A DNA stretch of 64,000 nucleotides from Longimicrobium sp. (GCF_036399255.1 NZ_DASWNM010000103.1:3121-67120), one strand, 5' to 3'; counted from the first letter of the stretch, positions 17,831 to 28,314 are shown. Numbers and translations: made by a program. Notes: generated by a model from the sequence alone, not told the origin.

Positions 17831-20800
17831 TTAGAACGTGTAGCGGATGCCGGCGGCGATCTGGTAGCGCGAGCCCAGGTCGCTCACCGTGAACGGGCTG
17901 GTGCGCGGGCCGAAGCCGCTCAGCAGCACGCGCTCGCCGACGACCGTGTTGCCCGAGCGGCGCAGCGCCTGGTCGGCCTGGTTGGCCACGAACTCGTTGC
18001 GGCCCCACTCGCGGTTGAGCAGGTTGCCGAAGTTCAGCACGTCGAGGGTGAACTGCGCGCCCTGCCCGCGGAAGGTGGGTAGCACCTGCGCCAGGCGCAC
18101 GTCGAACCGGTTGTTCCACGGCTGGCGGCAGGAGTTGCGCTCCAGCACCTCGCCGCGCGACTCACGCAGGCACTCCACGCTCTCGATGAAGGCGTTCAGG
18201 TTGGCCCAGGACGCTTCCGGCGTGAACGGGTTGCTGGCGCTCTGCGCCTCGAACCGGGCCTGGTCCTGCGTGGCCGGCACGAAGATCAGGTCGTTGGCGT
18301 CCTGCGAGTCGCCGTTGACGTCGCCGTTGTACGTGTAGCTGTACGGACGGCCGCTCTCGCCCACGTAGATCAGCGAGACGTCGGTGGCGGCCCCGCCCAG
18401 CACGTCGAACTTGAACTGGCGGGTAAAGCTGCCCACGATGCGGTGCGGCACGTCGTTGTTCGACAGCGTGCGCTCCGGATCGTTCGGGTTGCCGGCGATC
18501 GGGTTGAAGCGGAAGTTGCTCCGCGCCGTGCTCGACGTAAGGCTGTTCACGTCCTCGGACCGCGAGTACGTGTAGGCCACCATCCCCTCCCACCCGTTGA
18601 TGAACGGGCGCTGCAGCTGCGCCGTGACGCTGTAGCTGAAGTTCTCCTCGGTGTTGATCACGTCGTACACGTTGCCGAACCCGTTGGCCGTCACGCGGGT
18701 CCACGCCTGGCGCCCCTCGATCTGGGTGGTGCCCGAGGGCATCAGGGTAAGGTCGCGGTACGAGGGATCGTTGCGCGCGTCGGTGTACAGGCCCTCCAGC
18801 GTGCCCACCAGGCCAAACGGCAGCTGGTGGTCGATGGCCAGCGAGTACCGCAGCACCTGCGGCATCTTGAAGTCCGGATCGACCGTGTTGATCTCGTTGG
18901 AGAGCGCGCTCACCGGCTGCGGCACGCCCGCGCCGTTCACGCACGCCCGCGGCTGGTTGTTGGGGTCGGCCACGAACGCCGGCGGACGCGCGGTGGAGTT
19001 GGCCGCGGTCCCGAAGCACTGGAAGCGCGTGTAGTCCAGGCCCGTGTTGCCGTAGGCGTTGCTGATCCACACGTACGGGGTGCGGCCCGCGAACAGGCCC
19101 AGGCCGCCGCGCACCTGCGTGGTCTGGTTGCCGGTCACGTCCCAGTTGAACCCGATGCGCGGGTTGAACGTGAGCGTGCTCTCGGGGATCTGGTCCGTGC
19201 GGCGGGTGAAGTCACCCAGCTTGGCCACTTCGTACGCCGAGTCGAACGCCGCCTCGAAGCGCTGGTTGCGCCCCGGGTTGTCCGGAAAGCGCGTCAGGTC
19301 GAAGCGGAAGCCCGGCGTAAGGGTGAAGCGCGAGCTGAGCGAGATGCGGTCCTGCGCGTAGAACGAAAGCGCCTGCACCGAGAACTCGGCCCGCTCGGCC
19401 GCGCCCTCGACGTCCTCGTTGAAGAACGCGCCCGAGTACTGGCTGGGCGTGCCCGCCTGCAGCGCCTGGATGCTGGGGAACCGGTACAGGCCGTACAGGT
19501 TCTGCACGAACAGGTTGCTGAAGTCGAAGAACTCGTTGTGCGTGCCCACGGTGATGCTGTGGATGCCGCGCGACAGGCTCAGGTCGTTGGTGATCTCGAA
19601 GCTGTTCTGGTCCAGCGCGTTGGCCACCGACGAGTTTTCCGAGCCCGCCAGCACGCGGCAGGTGCCGCTGCCGGCGCACGAGCCCGAGGGCAGGTCCACC
19701 TCGATGCGGGGGAACAGCGTGGCCGGGATGTCGCGGCTGTCGCGCACCGTGGTGTAGCCCAGGCGAAGCTCGTTGAACACCTGGTTGCCCAGGGTGCTGT
19801 TGAGCTGCGCCACCGTGCTGTTGGTGGTGCTGTTGAACTGGTAGCCGCCGAACTCCAGCGGGAACGCCGCGTCGCTGCGCGAGAAGTTGTCGTCCCACGC
19901 GTCCACGTAGTTGTGGCGCAGCGTAAGGCGGTTGTTGGCGCTCAGGTTGAAGTCCAGGCGCGCGAACAGGTTGTCGCTCTGGCGCTTGAGGGGCACCTCG
20001 CCGATGCCGCCGGCGTCGTAGTTGTACGCGCTGGCCAGGATGGCGCGCACCGAGTCGACCCGCGCGCCGTTGATGGTGGCGCCGCCGGTGGCCTGCCCGT
20101 TGCTGCCGATGAACACGCCGCCCGGCACCTCGCGCCGGGCCATCTCGCCCGCCACGAAGAAGAACATGCGGTCGCGGACGATGGGGCCGCCCAGCGAGAA
20201 GGCCAGCTCGTTCTGCGCGAACTGGCCGTAGTCGGTGGAGTTGATGGTGCTGCCGGCGCGCTGGTAGCGGTAGCCGCCCACCAGGCTCTCGTTGCGGGCG
20301 AAGTAGGCGAACGAGCCCTCGAAGTCGTTGGTGCCCGACTTGGTGACCGCGTTGATGCCGGCGCCGGTGAAGCCGCCCTGGCGCACGTCGAACGGGGCCA
20401 GCACCACCTGGAACTCCTGGATGGCCTCGAGCGTGATGGGCTTGGTGCCCGCCTGGCCGCCGGGGGTGCCGCTGGACGCAAGGCCGAACAGGTCGTTGTT
20501 GGCCGCGCCGTCGATCTGGATGCTGTTGAAGCGGAAGTTGCGCCCGCCGCCGCTGGTTCCGCTGCCGCTGGTGCTGATCTGCGGCACCAGGCGCGTGAAG
20601 TCGGTGAAGTCGCGGGTGATGGTGGGGAGGCGGGTGATGGCCGAGTCGCTGATGACCATGGCCGTGCCCGTGCGCCCCGGCGAGATGACCGCGCCCTCGT
20701 CCTCGGCGGTCACGGCGATGGACTCGAGCACCACCGCCTGCGGGGTGAGCGTGAAGTCCACCGTCTCCGTCTGGCTGAGCGCCAGCTGCACGCCGGGCCG

Positions 20801-21091
20801 CGCCTGCGTCGCCAGCCCCACGCGCGAGGCCTGCACGCGGTAGGGGCCGCCGGGCTGCAGGCCCTGCAGCAGGAAGCGCCCGTCGCCGCGCGTCACGGCG
20901 CGGTACTCGGCGCCGGTGCGGGTGTTGGTGGCCACCACGGCCGCGCCTTCGATGGGCTCGCCCTGCTCGTTGGTGACCCGGCCGGTGACTGCGGACGTGG
21001 TCACGCCCTGCGCGAATGCCGGGGCCGTACAGCCCAGCAACGCAAGGAGCGCCCACAGCAGCGCAGCCGCCGCGTGCGAACGTCGAATCAT
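17831..21091 (-). CDS. TonB-dependent receptor, Oar-like, with N-terminal carboxypeptidase-regulatory domain
   Basis: Signal peptide to AFA/Q, NSIQIDGA, AIQEFQV, GGFTGAGINAVTKSGTN, FNPRIGFNWD, terminal IRYTF; GGAGGA RBS. Confidence 0.92.
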   Translation of the reverse strand: MIRRSHAAAALLWALLALLGCTAPAFAQGVTTSAVTGRVTNEQGEPIEGAAVVATNTRTGAEYRAVTRGDGRFLLQGLQPGGPYRVQASRVGLATQARPGVQLALSQTETVDFTLTPQAVVLESIAVTAEDEGAVISPGRTGTAMVISDSAITRLPTITRDFTDFTRLVPQISTSGSGTSGGGRNFRFNSIQIDGAANNDLFGLASSGTPGGQAGTKPITLEAIQEFQVVLAPFDVRQGGFTGAGINAVTKSGTNDFEGSFAYFARNESLVGGYRYQRAGSTINSTDYGQFAQNELAFSLGGPIVRDRMFFFVAGEMARREVPGGVFIGSNGQATGGATINGARVDSVRAILASAYNYDAGGIGEVPLKRQSDNLFARLDFNLSANNRLTLRHNYVDAWDDNFSRSDAAFPLEFGGYQFNSTTNSTVAQLNSTLGNQVFNELRLGYTTVRDSRDIPATLFPRIEVDLPSGSCAGSGTCRVLAGSENSSVANALDQNSFEITNDLSLSRGIHSITVGTHNEFFDFSNLFVQNLYGLYRFPSIQALQAGTPSQYSGAFFNEDVEGAAERAEFSVQALSFYAQDRISLSSRFTLTPGFRFDLTRFPDNPGRNQRFEAAFDSAYEVAKLGDFTRRTDQIPESTLTFNPRIGFNWDVTGNQTTQVRGGLGLFAGRTPYVWISNAYGNTGLDYTRFQCFGTAANSTARPPAFVADPNNQPRACVNGAGVPQPVSALSNEINTVDPDFKMPQVLRYSLAIDHQLPFGLVGTLEGLYTDARNDPSYRDLTLMPSGTTQIEGRQAWTRVTANGFGNVYDVINTEENFSYSVTAQLQRPFINGWEGMVAYTYSRSEDVNSLTSSTARSNFRFNPIAGNPNDPERTLSNNDVPHRIVGSFTRQFKFDVLGGAATDVSLIYVGESGRPYSYTYNGDVNGDSQDANDLIFVPATQDQARFEAQSASNPFTPEASWANLNAFIESVECLRESRGEVLERNSCRQPWNNRFDVRLAQVLPTFRGQGAQFTLDVLNFGNLLNREWGRNEFVANQADQALRRSGNTVVGERVLLSGFGPRTSPFTVSDLGSRYQIAAGIRYTF

Positions 21092-21487
21092 CAAGTTTTC
21101 CTCGGGAGGTGGAGGTTTGCCGCCGGACTGCCCCGTCCGGCGCGTGAATGATGGCACGCCCGGGTAGCACGAGACAGGCATCAATGTAACGACTTCGGAA
21201 CGAGCGTCAACGGAGGCGTAGTTTCGAACGAGCGCTCGAAAGCAGGATGTCGCAAACAGATGCGCTGAAACGGTTTCAGCCGTCATCCCCCCTCCCGCAA
21301 GTGCTACCCGGTGCATCCCCGGCGGGATCGAGGAGCCATTTCTTCATCCGAGCGGCAGGGCAGATACGAAAACGGACGCGGAGAACAGGTCCTCCGCGTC
21401 CCTCGATTGTCATCACTCTCCCGCGCGACCGAATCGGACGGGGCCGGTCTTCACGTCAGGTGAAGCCCGGGGTCGGCACACCGGTGA

Positions 21488-21858
21488 GGCGCGGCAGGGG
21501 GCCATGAGAATTTTTTTGAGAGGGCATGCCTCCCTCCCCCCGGAGAATCCCCTGCAGGCGGCGCCTTCCATCCGCATCCCACGGATTACCTGGACGTTCA
21601 CGCCTCCCCCCGCCGTGTCACCCCAGGACCCGCCGACGCCCGTACCTGATGCGCGTCTTTTCCGCGGCCTGCCCGCGCCGTGAGCGCCGGCGTTGCGCGG
21701 CGAGCGGGGACGCGGCGCCGGCACGCGACGGGGCGTGCCGGACGGCCTTCAGGATCGCGGCAGGTGGTGCGGGCGGCGGTCCGCGGCGGCACTCCGGCGG
21801 GCACCGGGGAGGCAGCCTGCCCTCCCCCAAAAAAATTCTCATGGCACCCTGCCGCGCC
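21488..21858. repeat. About 370-bp segment bounded by about 50-bp imperfect inverted repeats (MITE-like)
   Basis: GGCGCGGCAGGGGGCCATGAGAATTTTTTTG at 21488 versus CAAAAAAATTCTCATGGCACCCTGCCGCGCC ending 21858; related half copy near 33011. Confidence 0.65.
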
Positions 21859-21968
21859 CCGGCCCGTTCGCCGTTCCCGCTGCTTCTCACGAGGCAGACC
21901 GCTGTGCCCGACGCGTGATGGACGGGGATCGCGGGAGCCCGGATTCTTCTCCCCGGCGCCGCGTCCGC

Positions 21969-23390
21969 TCAGCGGCCGTCGGTGATGTAGCGCAGCACGT
22001 CGTAGCGGGTCAGGATCCCCGCCAGCCGCCCGCCGCGGCGCACCAGCACCGCCGGGTTCTGCCGCGACAGCAGGCGGGTGAGCGCCGGCATGTCGACGTG
22101 CGCGTCCACCACCGGCAGCGGCGCGTCCATCAGGTGCTGCACCGACTTGTCCAGCACCGAGGTGTCCTCGATGACCCGCGCCATCAGCGCGCTCTCGGAC
22201 AGGTGCCCCACGCAGTCGCCCTCGGCGATCACCGGCAGCTGCGACACGTTGTGGGTGGTGATGAGGCCCAGCGCTTGGCGGACGGGCGTCTCGGGCGCCA
22301 CGGACACCAGCTCGCGGGGCGCGCCCTGCTCCTTCCCCGACAGCGCGTCGCCGGCGGAGACGCGCGCCGGCTCCAGCAGCTGGTTCTCGCGCATCCACTC
22401 GTCGCTGTACGTCTTGCTCAGGTAGCGCTCGCCCGTGTCGCAGAGGAGGCAGACCACGCAGGCATCGGGATCGTCCACCTGCCGGGCGACCTGGAGCGCC
22501 ACGTGGACGATGAGGCCGGTGGATCCGCCCACGAACAATCCCTCCTCGCGGGTCATCCGGCGCGCCATCCCCATCGAGGTGCGGTCGTCCACCGTGTGCC
22601 AATCGTCGACCACGGACATGTCCAGCGTTCCCGGCACCTTGTCCTGCCCGATCCCCTCCACCTTGTACGGGGCGCTCTCGGGCTTGACCCCCGTGCGGGC
22701 GTACTCGGCCAGGATGGAGCCCTGCGGGTCGCCGCCGATGATGCGCACCCCCGGCTTGCGCTCCTTGAGGTAGCGGCCCACGCCGGTGATGGTGCCGCCG
22801 GTGCCGGCCGCGGAGACGAAGTGCGTCACCCGCCCCTCCGTCTGCTCCCAGATCTCGGGCCCCGTGGTGCGGTAGTGCGCCTGCGGGTTGGCCTGGTTGT
22901 AGAACTGGTTGGCCAGGATGGCGTTGGGCGTGTCGTGGGCGATCTGCTTGGCCCGCATCACGTAGTTGTCCGGGTGGTCCGGCGCCACCGCCGACGGGGT
23001 AACGATGACCTCGGCCCCGAACGCCTTGAGCAGGCGCACCTTCTCCTGGCTCATCTTGTCGGGGATGGTGAAGATGCAGCGGTACCCCTTGATGGCCGCG
23101 GCCAGGGCCAGCCCCAGCCCCGTGTTGCCCGAGGTGCCCTCGACCACGGTGCCGCCGGGGCGCAGCGCCCCCTCGGCCTCGGCCGCCTCGATGATGGCGG
23201 GCCCGATGCGGTCCTTGACGCTTCCGCCGGGGTTGAAGAACTCGGCCTTGCCGTACACGGGGGTGCGAATGCCCTCCGTGACGCGGTTCAGGCGGATGAG
23301 CGGGGTCCAGCCCACGGCGCCCAGCACGTTGTCGTACGGGCGCTGGTGGCGGGGGCGCGAAAAGGCGACGTCCAGGGCGGACTGCGTCAT
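21969..23390 (-). CDS. Cystathionine beta-synthase family PLP enzyme with C-terminal CBS pair
   Basis: NPGGSVKDRI PLP lysine motif, GTSGNTG, AGTGGT, DTGERYLSK, CBS repeats. Confidence 0.92.
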   Translation of the reverse strand: MTQSALDVAFSRPRHQRPYDNVLGAVGWTPLIRLNRVTEGIRTPVYGKAEFFNPGGSVKDRIGPAIIEAAEAEGALRPGGTVVEGTSGNTGLGLALAAAIKGYRCIFTIPDKMSQEKVRLLKAFGAEVIVTPSAVAPDHPDNYVMRAKQIAHDTPNAILANQFYNQANPQAHYRTTGPEIWEQTEGRVTHFVSAAGTGGTITGVGRYLKERKPGVRIIGGDPQGSILAEYARTGVKPESAPYKVEGIGQDKVPGTLDMSVVDDWHTVDDRTSMGMARRMTREEGLFVGGSTGLIVHVALQVARQVDDPDACVVCLLCDTGERYLSKTYSDEWMRENQLLEPARVSAGDALSGKEQGAPRELVSVAPETPVRQALGLITTHNVSQLPVIAEGDCVGHLSESALMARVIEDTSVLDKSVQHLMDAPLPVVDAHVDMPALTRLLSRQNPAVLVRRGGRLAGILTRYDVLRYITDGR

Positions 23391-23779
23391 TGGGTGCGGG
23401 TCTCCTGCGCGGCCGCGGGCTTCGCCGAGTCGGCCGGGGGTGTGATGTCGAATTCAACGGGGAGCAGCACCCACTTGCGCACGGGAGTGCCGTCCCGTTT
23501 GGCGGGGTCGAAGCGCAGCGCCCCCGTCCCCGCCAGCGCGGCGCTGTCGAAGGCGGCGTAGCCGCTGGGGGTTTCCACGCGGGCGCTGTCCACGCTGCCC
23601 TGCTCGGTGATCAGAATGCGCAGCACGGTCTTGCCCTCCACCCCCGCGTCCCACAGCTCCTCGGGATACTGGAACGACGGGGGGGTGAGCGCCACGGGCT
23701 CGGTTTCGACCACGGGCTTGCGCTCGCAGGCGGCCGCGGCGGCCAGGGCCAGCGCGGCGAAGGTGCGCGTCGGGTTCAT
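23387..23779 (-). CDS. TonB C-terminal domain lipoprotein
   Basis: Lipobox AAAC, YPEELWDAGVEGKTVL, SGYAAFDSAAL, LPVEF. Confidence 0.82.
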   Translation of the reverse strand: MNPTRTFAALALAAAAACERKPVVETEPVALTPPSFQYPEELWDAGVEGKTVLRILITEQGSVDSARVETPSGYAAFDSAALAGTGALRFDPAKRDGTPVRKWVLLPVEFDITPPADSAKPAAAQETRTQ

Positions 23780-24198
23780 CGATGGGTCAGGGCGGGGATC
23801 GCCGGCCGTACGTTCTGCCTGCCGAAGATCGTTGCTCGCGCCGCGATTCGCAACCGTGCGCGGGTGGAGGACGGCTCGAAAGGGGGCACGGAACGAGGCG
23901 GAGAGCGGGGGATGCGAGAACCGGGGGCCCGGCCAGCCCGGGTCGGCAGGGGGAGCGGGAATCCGCGCCCATCGGCGCGGACCACGGAATCACGATCCTT
24001 GCCACCCGGCGCACGTCGGAGCATATTCGGCGTGCGGTCCGGTCAAATCCGGCGGATTAGGTTCGCACCGAAGCCGTCCTTTGCGGGGCGGCGGGCTCCG
24101 GCGTTTGCCGGCGCGGCACCGGCGGCGGCGAATCACCCGCGTGTTACGGCCCGCGCGACACAACCTTCCATGTACCCCTTCTTGAGAGAGACACCGAC

Positions 24199-24609
24199 AT
24201 GCAGACCGCGACACAGATCCTTTCCGATTTCCGGCAGGGCAGGCTCGACTTCAGGCAGCTGGCCAGCCAGGCGGGGACGTGCAATGACCAGGTCACGCTC
24301 CAGAACTGGAGCGTACAGCTCAACAGCGGCGATCTCGTGAGTGCGCTGGAGGTGGTGCCGAACTCCGGCTACAGCATCTCGCTGCTGATTACCGGGGTGA
24401 TGTCGCAGGACCAGTCGCAGCTTTACACGGCCCAGCTCGCGTCCGTGCCCAACGGACCGGCGATCGCGGGTCCGGTGAGCGCGCTCACCTGGACCGCCCT
24501 GTTCCCCGGCGGGTCGGGCACCACCGTCATGGGGGCGGTCCTGGGGATCCTGGATTCTCCGGACGGCACCTCCTGCACGTTCTCATTCCAGCAGGAGTTC
24601 CAGGTCTGA
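24199..24609 (+). CDS. Hypothetical protein (136 aa, Gln/Ser-rich, beta-rich)
   Basis: Purine-rich RBS, natural composition and codon bias, followed by a terminator hairpin. Confidence 0.7.
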   Translation: MQTATQILSDFRQGRLDFRQLASQAGTCNDQVTLQNWSVQLNSGDLVSALEVVPNSGYSISLLITGVMSQDQSQLYTAQLASVPNGPAIAGPVSALTWTALFPGGSGTTVMGAVLGILDSPDGTSCTFSFQQEFQV

Positions 24610-24654
24610 CGCAGGCCAGTCCCGGCGCGGCCCGGTGCCTGCGGCCGGGATGCG

Positions 24655-24690
24655 GCAAAGGGGCCGGAGCGATTGCTCCGGCCCCTTTCC
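24655..24690. terminator. Hairpin between convergent genes
   Basis: AAAGGGGCCGGAGC-gatt-GCTCCGGCCCCTTT. Confidence 0.75.
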
Positions 24691-24728
24691 GTTGGTCCGT
24701 CAGCGGCGCGCCCGGCCAATGCGGCGCG

Positions 24729-25037
24729 TCATCCGCCGGCGACCGACACGCGTTCTATCTCGCGGTCCAGCAGGTCGCGCAGGCGGGCGAGGGTGGCGGG
24801 GTAGCCTTCCTGCCGCGTGTCGAAGTCCGCGCGCTCCAGGTGCACGATCATCATCCGCGCCCAGCGCCGCACGTGCTCGCGGCGCTCCCTTTCGTCCGGC
24901 GGAAGGTGCGGAACCGGGGTGCGGGTGGACAGCATCCGGGAGCGGGGCTGCACCCGCAGCGGCCCGCAGACGAACGAGCCGTCGCGCGAACGCTTGAGGC
25001 GCGCGCCGGCGGCCGGCTGTGTGGGGATCTCCTTCAT
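24729..25037 (-). CDS. Hypothetical protein (102 aa)
   Basis: GGAAGGGTG before MKEIPTQ; charged helical C-terminus; ends at the shared terminator. Confidence 0.5.
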   Translation of the reverse strand: MKEIPTQPAAGARLKRSRDGSFVCGPLRVQPRSRMLSTRTPVPHLPPDERERREHVRRWARMMIVHLERADFDTRQEGYPATLARLRDLLDREIERVSVAGG

Positions 25038-25256
25038 CCAGTCACCCTTCCATTGTGATGGTGGGCGGGTGTCGCCACCGCCCGTCCGGAGGGTAACCCC
25101 ATCCCCCGCCCCGCTCAACCCATCCGCGCCGAAACCGCTGCGGCTTAATCAGATGGACATGATCAGGATGTGTCCCTGTCTCCTGCTGAACCAGAGGAAA
25201 CGCCTGTCACCCTGAGCCTGAGAGGGTGTTGCTAAACCTCAAATGCATAACGAAGC

Positions 25257-25460
25257 GATGACTTCCTGAGGGAGCGCATCACGTCCAGCCAGAAGTCACA
25301 CTACAGATTGCGCGCGACCGAAGGACCTCGTCTCGGTGGCGCAGGGGCCAGATCAGGGCACGGACCCGCCCCGTCGTTCTGCTGGCGAGGTCCTTCGGTC
25401 GGCGCGAAAGTGCAGTGTATAAGTGAGTTGCGGGGCGGCGCCTCCCTCAGGAAGTCAATC
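25257..25460. repeat. Palindromic element (GACTTCCTGAGG family), copy 2, complete
   Basis: Outer IR GACTTCCTGAGGGAG/CTCCCTCAGGAAGTC, inner IR CGACCGAAGGACCTCG/CGAGGTCCTTCGGTCG. Confidence 0.82.
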
Positions 25461-25586
25461 ACGCTGGGAGGTTTGGCAGCTTTGTCGGATTACGCGAGAG
25501 AAGCAGAGGCCGCAGAGTGGTTTCCTCTGCGGCCTCTGTGGCCTCTGGGTGCCAATGATCTTTTTCGCGGACGCGGCAGCGAATCT

Positions 25587-28163
25587 TCAGCTGCGTGACG
25601 ACTTGGCCAGCTCGGAAAGGAGGTTCAGCGCCTGCAGCGGGGTGAGCCCGTCCACGTCCAGCACGCGCAGGCGCTCGACGACCGGGTGCGGCAGGCCGAA
25701 CTCGAAGAGGCCCAGCTGCACGTCCGGCGGCGGCCCGATGCGGCTCTGCGCGGCGGACTGCTCCTCCAGCTCCTGCAGGATCTTCCGCGCGCGCTCCACC
25801 ACCGTCTCGGGCAGCCCCGCCAGCCGCGCCACCTCCACGCCGTACGAGCGGTCCGCGCCGCCCTCCACCAGCCGGCGCAGGAAGACGATGTCCTCGCCCA
25901 CCTCGCGCACCGCCACGCTGAAGTTCACCACGCCGGAAAGCCGCTCCGAAAGCCGCGTAAGCTCGTGGTAGTGCGTGGCGAAGATGGTCTTGGCGCCGAC
26001 GACGTCGTGCAGGTGCTCGGTCGTCGCCGTCGCCACGCTCAGCCCGTCCCAGGTGGACGTGCCGCGGCCGATCTCGTCCAGCAGCACCAGCGACTTCGCC
26101 GTGGCGGAGTGCAGGATGGCGGCGGTCTCGTTCATCTCGACCATGAACGTGGACTGGCCGCGCACCAGGTTGTCGGACGCGCCCACGCGGGTAAAGATGC
26201 GGTCCGCGATCCCCACCCGCGCCGCCCGCGCGGGGACGAACGAGCCCACCTGCGCCAGCAGCTGGATGAGTCCCACCTGGCGCAGGACGGTGGACTTGCC
26301 GGCCATGTTGGGGCCGGTCAGGATCATCACCCGCGCGTCCGCGTCCAGCCGCACGTCGTTGGGGATGAAGTCCTCGCGCGGCATCATCGTCTCCACCACC
26401 GGGTGCCGCCCGCCGCGGATCTCCAGCGCCGGCCCGTCGTCCACCTGCGGACGGACGAAGTCGCGGCGCACGGCCACCTCGGCCAGCGCGGCGAGGACGT
26501 CCAGCGACGCCACGTGGTCCGCCACCCGCTGAATGCGGGCCACCTCGCGCGCCGTGGCCTCGCGCAGCTCCGCGAACAGCCGCTGCTCCAGCGCCCCGAT
26601 GCGCTCCTCGGCGCCCAGGACCTTTTCCTCCCACTCCTTGAGCTCGGTGGTGTAGTACCGCTCGGCGTTGGCCAGCGTCTGCTTGCGGTGGTAGTGAGAT
26701 GGAACGCGATCCGACTGCAGCCGCGTGACCTCCAGGTAGTACCCGAAGACGCGGTTGAAGCCCACCTTGAGCGTGCTGATCCCCGTCTGCTCGCGCTCCG
26801 TGGCCTGCAGGCGGGCGATGAAGTCGACCGCGCCGTCGCGAATGCCGCGCAGCTCGTCGAGCCCCGCGTGGAACCCCGCCCGGATCACCCCGCCGTCCGC
26901 GATGGTCACCGGCGCCTCGGGATCGACCGCCGTCTCGATGGCGTCGCGGATGTCCTGCAGCGGATCGACCGCCTCGCGGTGCACGCACAGCATGCCGGCG
27001 CGCGCGCCCTCCAGCGCCTCCAGCAGCGGGGGAAGGCGCGAGAGCGAGGCGGTCAGCGCCAGCATCTCGCGCGGGGTGGCGCGGCCGGCGCCCACCTTGA
27101 TCGCCAGCCGCTCCAGGTCGCGCACCCCGCCCAGCGCGTCGCGGACGGCGCGGCGCATCCCGTCCTCATCCACCAGCTCCCCCACCGCCTCCAGCCGCTT
27201 GTGGATGAAGTCCACGCGGACCAGCGGGGCCAGGAGCCAGCGGCGCAGCAGCCGGCCGCCCATGGGCGTGCACGCCTCGTCCAGCACACCGAGGAGCGTC
27301 CCTTCCGGACCCGTGCCGCGCAGCGTCTCGACCAGCTCCAGGTTGCGGCGCGTCATCTCGTCCAGCGCCATGAAGCCGCCGGGGCGCTCCACGTGCGGCG
27401 GACGCAAGCCCGCAAAGCCGGCGGGCTGCACCTCGCCCAGGTAGGCCACCAGCGCGCCGCACGCCGCGGCCAGCCAGCCGTCCTGCGCCTCGAAGCCGTA
27501 GCCCGACAGGTTGGCCACGCGAAAGTGGCGGCACAGCTCCTCGTGCGCGCCGCGCGGGTCGAACAGCCAGTCGCCGCGGTAGGTGCGCGTGAGCTCGGCG
27601 GCGCCGGGGATGGGGAACAGCTCCCAGGTGCGCGGCAGCAGCAGCTCCGCCGGCTGCCAGATCCCCAGCAGGTTGGGCAGATCGTCCCACGCCACCGCCC
27701 GCACGGTCAGCTCGCCCGTGGTCAGGTCGGCCAGCGCCAGCCCCACCGTCCCCTCCCCCGCCGCGTCGCCGGCCACGGCGGCCAGGTAGTTGTTGCGGCG
27801 GGCGTCCAGCAGGGCGTCGCTGAACACGGCGCCCGGCGTCACCATCTCCGTCACCTCGCGGCGCACCAGCCCCTTGGCCAGCGCGGGATCCTCCACCTGG
27901 TCGCAGATGGCCACGCGCTTCCCCAGCGCCACCAGCCGGCGCAGGTAGTTTTCCAGCGCGTGCGCGGGAATGCCGGCCAGCGGCGCCTTGCTGCTGCCGT
28001 TGTTGCGCGAGGTGAGGGTAAGGTCCAGGAGCTTGCTCCCCTCGACCGCGTCCTCGTTGAAGAGCTCGAAGAAGTCGCCGACGCGGATGAAGATGAGCGC
28101 GTCCGGGTGGCGCGCCTTCACCTCGCGCCACTGCTGCATCAGCGGAGTGTCGTCGGACGCCAT
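25587..28163 (-). CDS. mutS: DNA mismatch repair protein MutS
   Basis: TPLMQQW, RVGDFFELF, GRHPVVE, Walker A TGPNMAGKST, DEIGRGTST, FATHYHEL. Confidence 0.97.
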   Translation of the reverse strand: MASDDTPLMQQWREVKARHPDALIFIRVGDFFELFNEDAVEGSKLLDLTLTSRNNGSSKAPLAGIPAHALENYLRRLVALGKRVAICDQVEDPALAKGLVRREVTEMVTPGAVFSDALLDARRNNYLAAVAGDAAGEGTVGLALADLTTGELTVRAVAWDDLPNLLGIWQPAELLLPRTWELFPIPGAAELTRTYRGDWLFDPRGAHEELCRHFRVANLSGYGFEAQDGWLAAACGALVAYLGEVQPAGFAGLRPPHVERPGGFMALDEMTRRNLELVETLRGTGPEGTLLGVLDEACTPMGGRLLRRWLLAPLVRVDFIHKRLEAVGELVDEDGMRRAVRDALGGVRDLERLAIKVGAGRATPREMLALTASLSRLPPLLEALEGARAGMLCVHREAVDPLQDIRDAIETAVDPEAPVTIADGGVIRAGFHAGLDELRGIRDGAVDFIARLQATEREQTGISTLKVGFNRVFGYYLEVTRLQSDRVPSHYHRKQTLANAERYYTTELKEWEEKVLGAEERIGALEQRLFAELREATAREVARIQRVADHVASLDVLAALAEVAVRRDFVRPQVDDGPALEIRGGRHPVVETMMPREDFIPNDVRLDADARVMILTGPNMAGKSTVLRQVGLIQLLAQVGSFVPARAARVGIADRIFTRVGASDNLVRGQSTFMVEMNETAAILHSATAKSLVLLDEIGRGTSTWDGLSVATATTEHLHDVVGAKTIFATHYHELTRLSERLSGVVNFSVAVREVGEDIVFLRRLVEGGADRSYGVEVARLAGLPETVVERARKILQELEEQSAAQSRIGPPPDVQLGLFEFGLPHPVVERLRVLDVDGLTPLQALNLLSELAKSSRS

Positions 28164-28314
28164 CGTAGGGGGATGGAGGGCCTTGCGGGAGCGGCGCGCG
28201 CGTGCGGCGGCGCCATGGGTACGTGCCGGTGAGGGCGGAAATGTACCGGCGTGCACGGGGCGCGGCAACGGGGCAGATTGCGCCAGCTTGGGAACAGAGT
28301 AGACGGAGGGGAGA

